This document shows, one piece after another, positions 12,741 through 26,776 of a stretch of 64,000 nt of DNA (position 1 is its first letter; each line of letters starts with the position of its first letter). The position numbers were made by a program, and so were the translations under genes. Below the pieces are notes generated by a model. It was not told the origin of the DNA. It made no database searches and worked only from the letters and a program-made list of their open reading frames with translations. The stretch spans positions 48,112,001 to 48,176,000 of the forward strand of contig OX597837.1 of NCBI GenBank assembly GCA_951406725.2, read 5' to 3'. The stretch is from Octopus vulgaris. Lineage: Eukaryota.

Positions 12741-14108
12741 CCCAACCTCTTTCTCCTCTCCCTGACACATTCTTCCCTGCATTTTCATTCTCACCACACA
12801 TCCATACTACTCAGCTGCTCTGCTCACCAGAGATCAGTATCCATATTATATTATGTTCCATCCTCCCAGGGATCAGTATCCATTCCTCATCATCCTTGCC
12901 CATATTAGCCAATGTTCCCATCTCCCTCTCTTTCTCCCTCTCATTCACTGCTATACTCCATTCTAAACACCTCTCATCTATCACTCTGGTGCCTTCCAAT
13001 TCTACCACCATGACCCACCTACTGTAGCCCCTTATGTATCTATATGTCTTCATCTCTACACCTCCTCCATCATTCTACTCCTTTCTCTCCTATTCTCCTT
13101 CTTAAGCCACTCCTATTTCTTCTACCTTAGCCCTTTACACACTGGTATTTCCCATCAGCTGCTCTCTCCCTCTCATTCACTGCTATACTCATTCTAAACA
13201 CACTGCACTAACCCCTACTTCCACCTGTTTACCCTCTCCCCTCACACTCTTATAAAAGCATCCAGACTCAACTCATCCCATCACCCACTCTTTATGTCCT
13301 CTCTTTTGCTCACCTTCTTGTTTCTTGTTAGTTCGCTCTGGCACCCTTTCACTACCTTCAGCCATTTGTCTCCTCCATAGCAAGACACCCTGGGATTGTT
13401 CTATCATACTTTGGCTTTCCACCCACCCACCCCGGCAAACAGCCACCCACCTCCTCCCAAACACTTCCTCTTTTCCCTTTTCCTTCTTTCTGTTCTCTTC
13501 TGTCTTGCAAGTTATTTGGTGACCTTACAAATACCTAGCCCACTCTGTAAAGTGGTTGGCATTAGGAAGGGCATCCATCTGTAGAAACCATGCCAAAGAT
13601 GACACTGGAACTTGATGCAGCTTTCCAGTGCACTGGTTCCCATTCAAACAATCCAAGCCATGCCAGAATGGGAAGAAGACATTAAACAATGATGATGATA
13701 TATGTATCAGCAAGAAAGAGCAGAAGAAAATACCCAGAAGAGTATTTCTGTATGATTTTGAGCATGTGTGTGTGTAGATAAATAAGCTCACACACACACA
13801 GTAGTTCTCCACATATGTTGTATAGTGGACTGAAAAACTTCCATAAACCAATATTATTCTCACAATTAGAAAATAAATGTTCCTGTGAGTTACACAAAAA
13901 AGATATTTTCTTTTAAAATGTTAATTTTTGTTGTTGTTTTGTACAAAATGTCTTCACTCTTTAAATTTCAAGATCTTTCAGATTCTTATTTCCTCAGATA
14001 TTCTAATCTTCTGTTGTGTATGAATTCTGAAGTCCTGTCCTTTCTCTAATAATCCAAGATCAGTCCTTCTTTGATTTCACTTGCTTAGTGCATATTCTAT
14101 CACTCCAG

Positions 14109-14113
14109 TAATG

Positions 14114-14157
<44 letters not shown>
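14109..14157. repeat. (AAT)n microsatellite
   Basis: Direct reading. Confidence 0.9.
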
Positions 14158-14158
<1 letters not shown>

Positions 14159-14224
14159 TTAATCCTTTCTAAAATAGGCACAATGCCTGAATTTTTTAAT
14201 TTTTAAAATTTTTTCAGGGGAGCC

Positions 14225-14541
14225 TGGAACCACATGGTTCCAGTTTCAGTCCGACTGCGTGGCACCTTGGGCAAGTGTCTTCTACTATAGTCTCGGGCCG
14301 ACCAAAGCCTTGTGAGTGGATTCGGTAGACGGAAACTGAAAGAAGCCCGTGGTATATATGTATATATATGTGTGTGTGTGTGTCTGTGTTTGTCCTCCCA
14401 ACATCACTTGACAACCGATGCTGATGTGTTTACGTTTCTGTAACTTAGTGGTTCGACAAAAGAGACTGATAGAATAAGTACTAGGCTTACAAAGAATAAG
14501 TCCTGGGGTCAATTTGCTAGACTAAAGGCGGTGCTCCAGCA
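14225..14541 (+). mobile_element. SINE (family B)
   Basis: Same sequence family as 5696-6075 in the opposite orientation. Confidence 0.75.
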
Positions 14542-14649
14542 CTTTATCTTTATTTGCTGTGATTTTCTTTATCATTCTTCCAGATTGTTCTGGCTACCAT
14601 ATATGTCTTGTGGGAGGTTAATAACTATATATATATATATACAGTGCTT

Positions 14650-17490
14650 GAAAGGAACTCAGCCCCTTTGCCTCATTGAGGCTCAATGCTAGAAAGAAAC
14701 TCAGCCACTTTGCCTCCAAATGGTGCTCCTTAAGTGCCACTAGCATGGGTGCCAGTTATGTGACACCAAATTCAGCCATGATTACCATTTCACTTGGCTT
14801 CATTGGTCTGTTCAAGCATGGCATATCACCAAAGGTCTTGGTCACTAGTAATTGTCTCTATGAGGTTCGAAGATCAGGCTTTACCACTTCATCCCATGTT
14901 TTCCTGGTTTACCTCTACCACAGGTTCCCTCAGAGTTGTCCTCGTCCATATGCATCACATAACCATATCAGCACAGTCGTCGCTTTTGCACACCACATTT
15001 GATGCTTCTTAACTTTTCTCTCAAGATGCTTACACTCTGTCCTGTATGCACACTGACATTGCACATCCAGCAAAGCATACTGGCTTCATTTCTTTCAAGC
15101 CTATGCATGTCCTCAGCTGTCACAGCCCATGTTTCACTGACATGTAGCAAAGCTGTTTGCATATAAGATATAAGTATCTTACACTCTGCCTTTCACTCTG
15201 AGAGAGAGGCCCTTTGCCAGCAGAGGTAGGATCTCCCTGGACTTTACCCAGCCTAATCTTATTCTCACAGCTATGCTCTTGGAGCACCCCACCTCCACTA
15301 CTCACTAGGTTACCTAGATAACAGAAGCTATCTACTACCTCTAGCTTGCCTCACTGGCAATTGATGGAGTCTATTTTCTGCACATTTTCAGTGTTTATTG
15401 TTCTCATGCATCTTCCACATACAAAAACTAATTTCCCTGTTAACCTTCCTCTAATATTGCTGCACCTTTTATGTGTCCAAAGCTTATACTGGGTGCATCT
15501 TATGGAGTTTCTACCTACAGATTGAGCAGGGCCATCTACCTGTGATTTGTCTGTCTTCCTACTTCCTAAGACTTTGGTTTTTTGCTAGGTTAACTCTAAG
15601 GCCCTTTGATTCTAAACCTTGCTTCCATACTTGGAACTTCTTCTCTAGTTCTGGTAGTGATTCAGCTATAAGAGCAAGGTCATCAGCATAGAGGAATTCC
15701 CATGGGCAGCCTGTCTTAAATTCCTCTGTTTTAACCTGGAGGACTATGATGAACAAGAGGGGACTGATGAGCGATCCTTGGTGAATCCCTACTTCTACCT
15801 GGAATTCTTCACTATACTCATTACCAGCCCTCACCTTGCTGGTAGCTTCATTGTGCATGGCTTTTACAGCTTTCACCAACCACTTGTCTATCCCTAGTTT
15901 CCACATTGAACACCAGATTGGGGATCGGGGACCCTGCCAAAAGCTTTCTCCAAGCCAACAAAAGCCAAGTACAAAGGTTTATCTATGGCTAGGTATTTAT
16001 TCTGCAGCAGCCTTACCAGAAATATACCATCAATGGTGTTTCTCCCTAGCATAGAGCCAAACTGCATCTCATCTAGACTAACTCTCTCCCTAAATAGTTG
16101 AGCTATGACCCTCTCTGTAACTTTCATTACCTGATCCAACAATTAGATACTTCTGTAGTTATTTCTGTCTAAAGCATCACCTTTACTTTTGTAACAGTTG
16201 ACTATGGTGCTGCTGCTACACCAGTCATTGGGTATGACTCCTTTGTGGACCACCTGATTTACAATGTGGATGACTAGACCATAACCCACAGCGCCAGATA
16301 TTTTAAGCATTTCAGCAGTGATTCCTGATGGGCCAGAGCCGGGTGGGGGTGGGGTGTCCCTGTCTTCATATCCTTAATTGTTTTATCTACCAAGTTACTG
16401 TCAATTCAGGTAGCTGGTCCCTCTATTGGGTCAACATTTGGCAGATTCTCCTCCTGCCACTCATTCTCTATGTTCAGCAGTCTTTCATAATGGCATCTCC
16501 AAGCTTCTTCCTTTGCAGAATCATTAAACTCAAGTGCACCATCATCCATATGGACATATTTCTCTTCTATGACATCATGATTTTCTCTCACACACTGTCT
16601 TGCAATTCAAAATACTTCAGTTCTTTGCTCCTCACATTGCTGAACATAGGCAAACTTCTTCTTTTCTGCTTCTCCCTTGGCTCGATACACCTGTTTCCCA
16701 GCCTCCTTTCTGGCTATCCAATACAGTTCCCTGCTACCCCAACTCTTTCCATCCTTCCAGGCCTATTGCTTTGCTCTGTGTACTGCATCATTCCACCACG
16801 ATGTCACCCTAAGACATTCACAGATTTGGAATATAATTGAGCTGGCTAGCAGAGTCACCTGATTGATAGGTTATCAGGTGGCTGGTCAGCTTCCTGAAGT
16901 TGGTGTTGCAGATCAATAGGTTGTTTGCATCACAGAACTCCAGCAGCCTTTTTCCCTTTTTGTTTCGTGAACCAATTCCATGGCTCCCATGTACACCATG
17001 GAAAATACTGGACTGCTGTCTAACATGTCCATTGAAGCCCCCAGCCACAAAGGTGAGACCCCTGTTATTTGTCTTAGAGGTAACCTGCAGGAGAATATTA
17101 TAAAAATGGTCCTTCTATTCACTTGGTAGGCCTGTTTGTGGAGCATACACAGAGATAAATGATGCTATGCTATTCTGCAAGACTAGCCTAAGCTTAAGTA
17201 TTCTATCACCCACTCTGACTCCCTCTCTGACCTTATCCACCCATTTCTCTGCAAGATGTATACCCATACTGCTTACCCCATCACTGTTACCTTCCCAAGT
17301 GTTTTCTTGTGTATCTTGCCTGTGAGGAACCTGGCTGAAGCTCCTTGCCACCTTACCTCTTGGATGTAGCATACATCAACACACCTCCATTCAAGTAACT
17401 CAACAGTCTCACTAGACCTACTTTCCAATGTGCCTTCATTAATAGCACCAAGTCTGAGAACCTTGTGAAGAGTGTGAGAGGGAACATGGC
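14650..17490 (-). mobile_element. Near full-length but disrupted RTE-clade LINE (APE endonuclease, RT, PHD, thumb)
   Basis: Collinear minus-strand ORF pieces: VCYIQEVRWQG, ISVYAPQ, GGFNGHV...GKRLLEFC (endonuclease); LDQVMKVTERVI, QGSLISPLLF, FLYADDLALIAES (RT); SETWAVTAEDMHRLERNEASM; many stops and frameshifts. Confidence 0.92.
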
Positions 17491-19199
17491 CAAGAGAGGT
17501 TTCATTGGTCATTTGCTAACAGACATGTTACATTCGTTGGTCTTGCTTTGACTTACTATCATTCAAACCTGTTAAAATTGTTGTCCCTGTTGGTAGTGAG
17601 TAGCATTGTAAATATAAGCATTACTACTGCAAATATAAATAGGTCATTGTATAAATTAATTAATTATGTAAATGATCTGCTATTAGTTAGTCCATTATAT
17701 ATATACAGGGAGAAAGAGGTAGGTGGTTTGTTAATTTACTAATAATTTCCTGTGTAACATATCACCTTTTGGTGCATGCAGTAGTGTGGGCGATTGTTGG
17801 TTGTAGGGAAGGATAGTGAAGGTATGCAAGTCTTCTGGTACAGAAGCAAGGCAGAACCCCGTATGGGTGGTGGTATAGGTGGTGGTGGCAGGAATGAGCA
17901 GGCGCATCACAGACAAGCAATGACCAGTTTACTTTCGTTGGGGAGAGAGACATAAAGTAAAATAAGAATGCATACAAATTTTAGAGAACAATGGCAAAAA
18001 CATTATGAAACAGGGATGGTGAACTAAGATTTTAGGGAATTAGGGTTTAAATGTTATTTGAAGAATTAAATAGTTACCGGTTATGATAGTACATGTTAGT
18101 ATAATGTGTTAGATGAGTGAATGACTGAATAAAGTAATTAAAAAACAAGAGAAAAGTTCTTAGCTCTGCATATCGCGAAACAGCAGTAAATCAAGCGGAT
18201 TGAGCAGGATAAGAAAACATGTGCTAAAGATCCTTTATAAGAACCACAGCCAGCAGTTGTCAAATAAGATGGCCAGTTTAGTCACAAGAAATAGAAATAG
18301 CAGCAAGTAGTCATTGTGAAAGAGGGTGCTATGACCAGTTTACTATCATTGGAGAAAGAGACATGACAACAGCGAAACACAATAATGAATTTTTTCCAAA
18401 TGGGGAATAAAGTAAAATAAATGCATGTATATAACGAGAATGATTATTCCTGATTTCGACACAAGACCAGCAATTTCAAGGGGGGAGCTAGCCAATTAAA
18501 TTGTTCCCAGTGCTAGACCGGTACTTTGAGACCCTGCAAGGTGAAATTAAAGTGGTGATAATAAACACCCTGCTCTCACTCTCTCTCTCAAAAACAGGAA
18601 CTAATCTTCACCACAATTTCTTAAATAATCCAATTGTTTTTAAGGCTTTTGTCTACTTGCAGTTGTTTCACTCACAAAAATGTAACAATACAGTAACGAT
18701 GTTGTCTTGTTTGAGATCCACTATGGCCTGGGAATGTAAGGTCAAAAGAAATACCCAGCCAGATGAGGATAATTGCGTGGGTGGTGTGGTAAGAGTGTCT
18801 GTTTGAAATATAAAGACATCTGAAGGTAGTTGTAAATTATGTAAAACAGAAACTCAAAAAATCAAGTGAATGATTGAGAAAAACTCTTGGCATAAATTCT
18901 GGAAGAATATCAACAACTGGATTGTAGAATTTTATTTTCAACAACCTAACACTTCATAATCCCATCACCAGAACCACTAAGAAACATTATTTCACAATCT
19001 AATCAATGTATAATGAACTAATTAACTTAATTATTGTCTGCTTTTACATTACCACCTGGCACTTTGGATGCCTTCAGTAGGGCCTCTTTTGTTACTAGCA
19101 TTCAGGTGAGATCTTCAGTTTGGCAGGACCTTCTTCTTTGCCTCCTTCAGGTTTTGGAACCTGTGTCAAAGGTCATAGACACTGCACTTCATCCCAATA

Positions 19200-20300
19200 C
19201 AAGGTAGGGAAGCAAAACTTGGAAAAGCCAAACAAAATTTGAAAATGTTTTATTGTACATGGAAGAAGTAATGTTTGGCAAAATTATTTGTGCATCAGTT
19301 ATTACTGCCAATAACAGAGATTCCACTCTGTGTGTCCATTATTTTCTGTCACCAATTGGATCTGAACACTCCACAAGTTTTTATAATGAAATATTCAGAC
19401 AATTTGGCCCATTCTTCCTGCAAAATCTGCTTGAGGTGTTCAGTGCTAGGATTAAAACCTCTGTTGGTTGACTGCTCTAAAGTGTTCCAGATAGAATAGT
19501 GTGCTGGAGGAGGGCCAAAAATTAACAAGATTGTCCTTGCAAAATTTTTGCCCTTTCTTCACTGTATGAGCAGGTGCTCCATCCTGAGTCCACACATAAT
19601 TACCTTTAGCGTAATTAGCCTTAAGCCAAAACAGGATATGCTATCTTAACACTTAGTAATAGACATCAGCACTGATTTTCTCAGCAGACTTGACAAAATG
19701 TAGGGCCATTTTTTTGCCACCTGATGCCACAACTTCCCAAACCTTCACCTGAGCAGGTTGCTTTGTTCTGAAGATGCCTTGACTTGAGATGGTGATTCAG
19801 CAATAACCTGATCGTCTCATCTGTTCACAACAGCATCCACAGTGATGATTTTCTCTTCAGAAAATATTTTCACAGTGGATCCAGATCTCTTGAAGGACAA
19901 CACTTTTTTGGCTTTTTCAAGCTTTCTGACTTTCATTGAATGAGTCAAGAGGTGTCTTGGAGTTTGTGCAAAGGATTGCATGCCTAAATCACAGTGAACA
20001 GCATTTCTTACAGTATTGCCATCAACTTTCATGTCAATTGCCAGCTTCCTCGTGGATGTGGTTGGATCTTTCAAAATTTTAGATTCGTGATACTGCAGGA
20101 GTGCTGGATCTCCTTTTTAATGACTCCTGCAGTGCCTTGTCTCCTCTTAATGTCTCTGATGACATTCTTGATATTGTAAACTGTGCTTAACGACACATTA
20201 ACCAACTCAGAAATTCACTTGATGTTAATTCCTGTGCAGAGCAAATCAGCAATGCATTGCATCTGTCCTACTTTAGGTGACATTGTTGAACTTGTTCATG
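19200..20300 (-). mobile_element. Decayed Tc1/mariner-superfamily transposase, maT (DD37D)-like
   Basis: STRKLAIDMKV helix-turn-helix region, IFSEEKIITVDAVVNR, TKQPAQVKVWEVVASGGKK, YVWTQDGAPAHT (about 19565-19600), FWPSSS..YSIW with the third-Asp motif deleted; TIRs not resolved. Confidence 0.8.
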
Positions 20301-20411
20301 AAAAAGCAAATGAAATTGTTACTCTGAGGTCTAATGCTGATGATAAAATTAAAAAATTGTTATAATTGATCAATGCTCCATAAAAAAAAAAATAAGGTTT
20401 ACAAAAATATA

Positions 20412-20902
20412 CAGAGTGTTCAAAAAGTCTCTCTGCAGTAAGAATTTTATTGCAAAATAAATATCTATAACATGGTATAAGACTACAAGGCGGCAAGCTA
20501 GCAGAAACGTTAGCACGCCGGGCGAAATGCTTAGCAGTATTTTGTCTGCTGCTACGTTCTGAGTTCAAATTCCGACGAGGTCGACTTTGCCTTTCATCCT
20601 TTCAGGGTTGATTAAATAAGTACCAGTTACACACTGGGGTCGATATAATTGACTTAATCCGTTTGTCTGTCCTTGTTTGTCCTCTCTGTGTTTAGCCCCT
20701 TGTGGGTAGTAAAGAAATAGGTATAAGACTACAAAAGAATTTATTAGACTTTATAAGACTTTAAAAAACTTTATAAGAGGTGTTGAAAGTCTTGTCCTTC
20801 ATTTTCAATACATAAGTTGACTCTTCTACACTTGTTATGAAATACATCTTGGAGAGTCAGGATGAAAGAAATTCACTGCAGAGAGACTTTTTGAGCACCC
20901 TG
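20412..20902. mobile_element. Tc1/mariner-type MITE with nested SINE
   Basis: 28-bp TIRs CAG(A/G)GTG(T/C)TCAAAAAGTCTCTCTGCAGT with TA on both sides. Confidence 0.85.
20489..20719 (+). mobile_element. tRNA-derived SINE (family A), full length with TSD
   Basis: A/B-box-like head; perfect 15-bp TSD GGTATAAGACTACAA at 20474-20488 and 20720-20734. Confidence 0.9.
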
Positions 20903-22261
20903 TATTTGAGGGAGATTTGGTTGTTATTTGTAGCAGGTCAAGTAACTACCAAGTAAAGACTTCCTGATTGACTTGTGTGTTGGGGGAGAGTGATGTGCGA
21001 ATTTGAGTGTTATATTGAGGTCCTTTTTCAAAGAATTAGACATGGTGTAAAGTGTCAGTTGATGTTGTTACCTAGTACAATTGTTCACACATGATTGAAG
21101 AAGACTAGGACTCTGTAACCTAACCCTAACCATCCCAGTTCCTATCTCGTATAACAGCTGATCAATCCAACCTATTCATGCCCCAAAGTTGAATAACAAT
21201 AAAATATACCAGTCATATCCTTGGGTGAGGGTCAGAATTAAAAATTGTCTTTCCAAAGTTTCTTCAAGCAATTCCAACGGTAAATCATGGATATCCAATT
21301 AAGAGTGGATGGAATATAGCCTTCCAGCAGCCAGAGCCTGTCTTTGAGAAACTGTAGCTGTTGGTGCTTTTGTCTTTGAAAAGACCAGTGGCTTGGCAGA
21401 CTCATTAGAGACTTAGACAAAATACCTTCTAGTTTTTGTTCAATGTTTTTACATTCAAGTACTGCTCTTCATTCTCTTCGGAGATGAGTAAAATAGAGGA
21501 TCGACCAGCTGTACCCCTTTCCCTTCAAATTTCTGACATTGTTCATGTGGAAGAAATTATTTGAATTATCTTGTGGTTCACATAGATTGACATAACATCA
21601 AGGTTTTAAGGTTAACATAGGTTGTTGTTTAGCCTAGCTCAGATCACATTCAGTAAACCCATGATCTAAGCTATTTTAACTATCATCATGAGCATTGTGT
21701 AGCTAGGACTACATTATGCAGTATGTTCTTGTTTCAAAATGGTAGGATATAATTTTCAGAGTGATTCAACTGCTATTTCTATATAGAGGTGCCTCAATGC
21801 TGACATGGGTTGAATAGGTTTACTGCACAATGCATTAACAGTGTATTACCTGTACAGTATTGAACATTTCTTGGTTTTATGCCCTGTTGAACGGTGAGGG
21901 TCACCATCTAAGATTTCATCTTAGCATCTCTTTTTTGAGTTTTCCTTTTGGTGTTATTGGTTATCAGCTCCACCACAGAAGCTTTTCTCCAGTCATAGCA
22001 TATTCCCCCATCTGAATTGAATCCTTTCTCCTGCCAAGAATCCTTAATTGAAATTGCAAACACTCAAACAAGAACAGATATGACTGGAGGATCCACTTTC
22101 GACTGTGTTATTCTGAATCTGATCCCAGCACCTTGGACTCGTGTCTTCTATTATAAAATTCTGTTGACCTGCAATTTTAGAAGAATTTGGACAATAGGAT
22201 ATACAACACATTAACAACAGCAGCACACGGCTTCATACATGTTTATTGATACATAAATTCA

Positions 22262-22790
22262 CTATCATCATCATCATCGTCGTCGTTTAATGTCCTCTTT
22301 CCATGCTAGCATGGGTTGGACGAATGACTGAGGGCTGGTGAACCAGATGGCTGCACCAGGCTCCAATCCTGATCTGGTAGAGTTTCTACAGCTGGATGCC
22401 CTTCCTAACGCCATCCACTCCAAGAGTGTAGTGGGTGCTTCTTACGTGCCACCGGCACATGGGGCCAGTCAGGCGGTGAGCTGGCAGAAACGTTAGCGTG
22501 CCGGGTGAAATGCTTATTTTGCCTGCCATTACGTTCTGAGATCAAATTCTGCCGAGGTCGACTTTGCCTTTCATCCTTTCGGGGTCGATAAATTATGTAC
22601 CAGTTACGCACTGGGGTCGATGTAATCGACTTAATCCGTTTGTCTGTCCTTGTTTGTCCCTTCTGTGTTTAGCCCCTTGTGGGTAGTAAAGAAATAGGTA
22701 CTGGCAATGACCTCGCTCGAATCTTTTTACACATGTCACTGGCACAGGTGCCATTAAGGCAACGCTGGTAACGATCACGTTCAAATGGTG
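22262..22790 (-). mobile_element. RTE-LINE 3' tail fragment with (GAT)n end, interrupted by a family A SINE (+, 22472-22696)
   Basis: Matches the tail at 45012-45400; host sequence CAGGCGGTACTGGC is split by the SINE. Confidence 0.8.
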
Positions 22791-23739
22791 CCCACGGAAA
22801 AATTACTTTAAAAATCGAATACAATTTTGGAGTGGTTTTTGTTGACTCATTTGCAAAATTTTTGCATCCAAACCAAGTTGCACACTATAAAATATAGTGT
22901 GTGTGTGTGTGTAATCTGTAATATTTTACCCGTACATCTTCGTTTCATTTTCTGGGAAAACTTTTTCTTTTTCAAAATACTGAACGATTGTGAATTAGTA
23001 TTTTTTTCTTATTTTTAATCAAGCTTTTTCCAAAGTTTATTGTAGAGATGTGAGTATGCATGTTAGTTTTTCTGTAAAGAACTGAAAAGAAGAAATCTTC
23101 GAACCAGTCACAAGGCCCATGGCTGTCTCATCTGCAAGACTGTATCCCTATGTGCAGTTACTCTTGTGTTCAGTGTGACACCTCACTTATAATGTTGTGG
23201 CATACAACTTGGAACAGACATTGAATGACCTTTCTATAGAAGACAAATGTTTTTATGTAGACTTAGGTCTTTTATTGTTCATCAGTTGTGATGGTTGATA
23301 GAAAATAAATAAATCCTTTGGGCGGCTCTGCATGTTATGCAGTTGTCCATGAAACAAATCTCAGTTGAGAAGAGATTGTCAAACCAGCTGAGCCAGAAGA
23401 GGTGTAGTTGCAGTTACTGATTCATATCCTGTCATAGTCACTAAACTGGGTCCACAACCAAGACCCTTAATTTTTATCAAGCAAGTCCACCTAGTAGGTA
23501 TCATAATGTATATTGCTCACTGTTTTGTCAATGGCAATTATCAACAACCAGTCCACCTAGCTGTATGTAGGAACCACACTGTTGTATAATTCACGGTATT
23601 GCGTCATTATTACTGACAGACAAAATATGTTGTATTTTATTACAAGTTTTTAAGTTCCAATTTCTGGGGAGTTGAGTTAAAATAACAGATAACGTCCTTC
23701 TTCCAAAATTTACCATATTGTCTGTTTTTTATATATAAT

Positions 23740-24287
23740 TCCAAGTACATCAATATCAGTATCAAAACAAATATCAAATGGAAATTGTAGTTACGCGATA
23801 CCTGTGCCGGTGGCACGTAAAAAGCACCATCCAAACGTGGCCGATGCCAGCGTTGCCTTGGCTGGCTTCTGTGCCGGTGCACATGGCCTGCTGTGCTTGA
23901 GGAGACCTGTTGAGTCAAGTGAGGAGACCTGTTGAGTCAACATCAAAATAAATATCAAATGGAAATTCTAGTTGTGATACCTGTGCCGGTGGCATGTAAA
24001 AAGCACCATCCGAAAGTGGCCAATGCGAGCGCCACCTTGACTGGCTTCTGTGCCGGTAGCATGTAAAAAGCACCAACCGATTGTGGCCACTGCCAGCCTC
24101 CCCTGGCACGTAAAAAGCACCCACTACACTCATGGAATGGTTGCCGTTAGGAAGGGCAGCTAGCTGTAGAAACACTGCCAGATCAGACTGGAGCCTGGTG
24201 CAGCCTCCTGGCTTCCCAGACCCTGGTCGAACCGTCCAACCCATGCTAGCACAGAAAACGGATGTTAAACAATGATGATGATGATGT
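23740..24287 (+). mobile_element. RTE-LINE 3' UTR/tail fragment with internal duplication
   Basis: Repeated GTGCCGGTGGCACGTAAAAAGCACC modules, family tail GGAAGGGCA...CCATGCTAGC, (GAT)n end. Confidence 0.8.
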
Positions 24288-24797
24288 GTATGCATGTACA
24301 TATATGTGCACCTGAATGTCTCCAGTAGCCTTAATTCTAAGACCTTGTGGAAAGATGTGAGGTGTCATGACATGACCTTCATTACTCACTTACCCCTAAG
24401 ATTATCACAATTGCTGCAAACTTAGTGTGCATCATTCTAGAGTCATCAGAAGGATCTGCACATAACCATCTGTCATTTCTCTTGTTAGACTTTGGTCTTG
24501 GTCAAAATTCTCATTAGGGAAGAACCAACGCATGCTATGTTTGTGAGGATTTTAACCTTGTTACGTAAAAGCTTGGCATGGATCAAACTGTTCTCCACAT
24601 CTTTACACACATAAATTGGGTTCTCCACATTACATACAACCTGCATCAAATGTCTTCATACTCTACAGTTCTGGTAGGGCACTCCAACTCCTGAAGTTCT
24701 TTGGTGATGGCCCTCATTGGTTTTCCAGGATCATTATTAATGATTTGAACCCATTAGATGAATTGTGGTTTCCTTATAGTGCTCAGGCATTTAGAAT

Positions 24798-24798
24798 G

Positions 24799-24852
<54 letters not shown>
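24798..24852. repeat. (CT)n microsatellite
   Basis: Direct reading. Confidence 0.9.
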
Positions 24853-24857
<5 letters not shown>

Positions 24858-25939
24858 GTGGAATCATTCCCACCTGAGGCTTCCTATTCTATTCAGACTC
24901 TGTGTACAAAAAAGTTTGCAATATTTAGAAAGTTGGGAATTTCTAAATTGCTGTGAACTGCCCATGTGGTAATGATCACAGCATGTCTCCTCATTTCTTG
25001 TGTTAGTATCTGCCATGGGGGATAGAAATAAAAGCTTAACTAGTTTTAAAAGAGTAATATACTGATAAAGTGTCCTCACACACCTCTTGCGCCTTGTGTG
25101 CATGTATGCATGCATGTGCATACATACACACATAGATGTGTGTGTGTATGTAAATGTCTGCATATCTGTTGTTCTTCCTTCAGATTCTTATGAAACTACT
25201 CTCCTCCCCTCCTAATCCATATCCTTTTTTAATTTCACTTTTGGCTTGCTCCAATACCTCATTACTACCCTCCCACTCACCTTTATCTAGCAGGTGGGAG
25301 CCATGTTGCTGCACATGCCCCTCTACCATACTTTAGCATGTCAACACCTGCCATAAAGCTATGTCTCCCTCTCAAATACTTCCACAACCCCACTTCGTCA
25401 AGGGACCTTTTTCCTGTCTTGCAAGTTATTTGATGACTTGTGGCAGTGGCACTAACTGTTGGAGTTAGGAAGGACATCCAACAGTAGAAACTCTGCCAAA
25501 CCTGATGCTGGTGCTTGACCCAGCCCCGAGGCTTGCCAGATCCTCTCAAACCATCCAACCTATGCCAGCATGGGAAATGGACAGTAAATGATAATGATGC
25601 ACATACACACATGCACACTCACAATTTTTGTTTTCATCATCAGACTCCCACCATACTGGGGCACCACTTTGAGCTGGGACTATTTTTATCAGTTTCTTTT
25701 GCCAATCTATTAATTTATGGTTGTCAAATAGTGGAATGGACAAACACAGACACTTGTGTGTTGTATGTGTATATTACACACACACACACACACACACATT
25801 AGGTTTCCACACAGTTTCTGTCAGCCAAATTTACTCACAAGGCATTTGTTGGCCTGGGGTCAAGTGGGACTGAACCTAAAACCACATGGTTACAAAGCAA
25901 GCTTCTTAAACAGACAGCAATGTCTGAGCCTATATATAG

Positions 25940-25978
<39 letters not shown>

Positions 25979-26776
25979 TTAAACTTACTTGGAAAAGGAT
26001 GCATAGTGTTTGATCATATAATAATATATAAATATATGCATATATACATATATATATGTACATGCCTACATATATATGTATATATATATATATATACATG
26101 CATAGATGGGTATAGGACATCAAAAAAACGTTGAACACAATGAGAAACAAAAGCATAAAAACATAGAAAACAAACTTTTTTTCGAACAAAGAAAAAAACA
26201 GAGAAACAAGACATGCAACCTAAAAAATATTCCCCTTCATCAGTTGTCCCTGTTTCATCTACTCTGCGTTTCGAAGGCAAAGACAATACATGACTTGATT
26301 GAAACAGTCCTTCCCGCAAAGCAAATTAAATAAAATTTGGGGTTTTTTGCGGAGAGTGAAAGTGAAAACAAGAACAGGACAGTGAGAACAAAACAATAAA
26401 AACAAACGGTGAGGGCTGTTAAGCGAAGATAATAGAAACATTATGAACGCTAGGAAGACGAACTTATGAGAGGAGACAGGTAGTTAGGGTGTTGCACTCA
26501 TGATTGCAGGATCGTGTTTTCAATTCTGAACCGGTTGGTTTGTTACATTCTTGAGTATAACACTTCATCTCGCATTGCTTTGCGGTCACTTCAATACCTG
26601 ACATGTGGAACCCCGTGCATCTGTTCAGGCCATGTCCATTTTGATGGAGAGAGTTAGCTAATGTACAGCACAAGCATTTGATCGCTATAAACTCATCATT
26701 GGTGCAGGTTGTGCAGTAAGAAATTGTAGAATCACCATTTTCAGACTATGAGAGACTTCTATCAAATATAATTTAA

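Noticed and set aside
21115-21132. Interstitial telomere
   Set aside because: Only about two imperfect CCCTAA units
23800-24125. CRISPR-like repeat-spacer pattern of palindromic modules
   Set aside because: Linkers recur in other dispersed copies and the modules are part of a LINE 3' UTR
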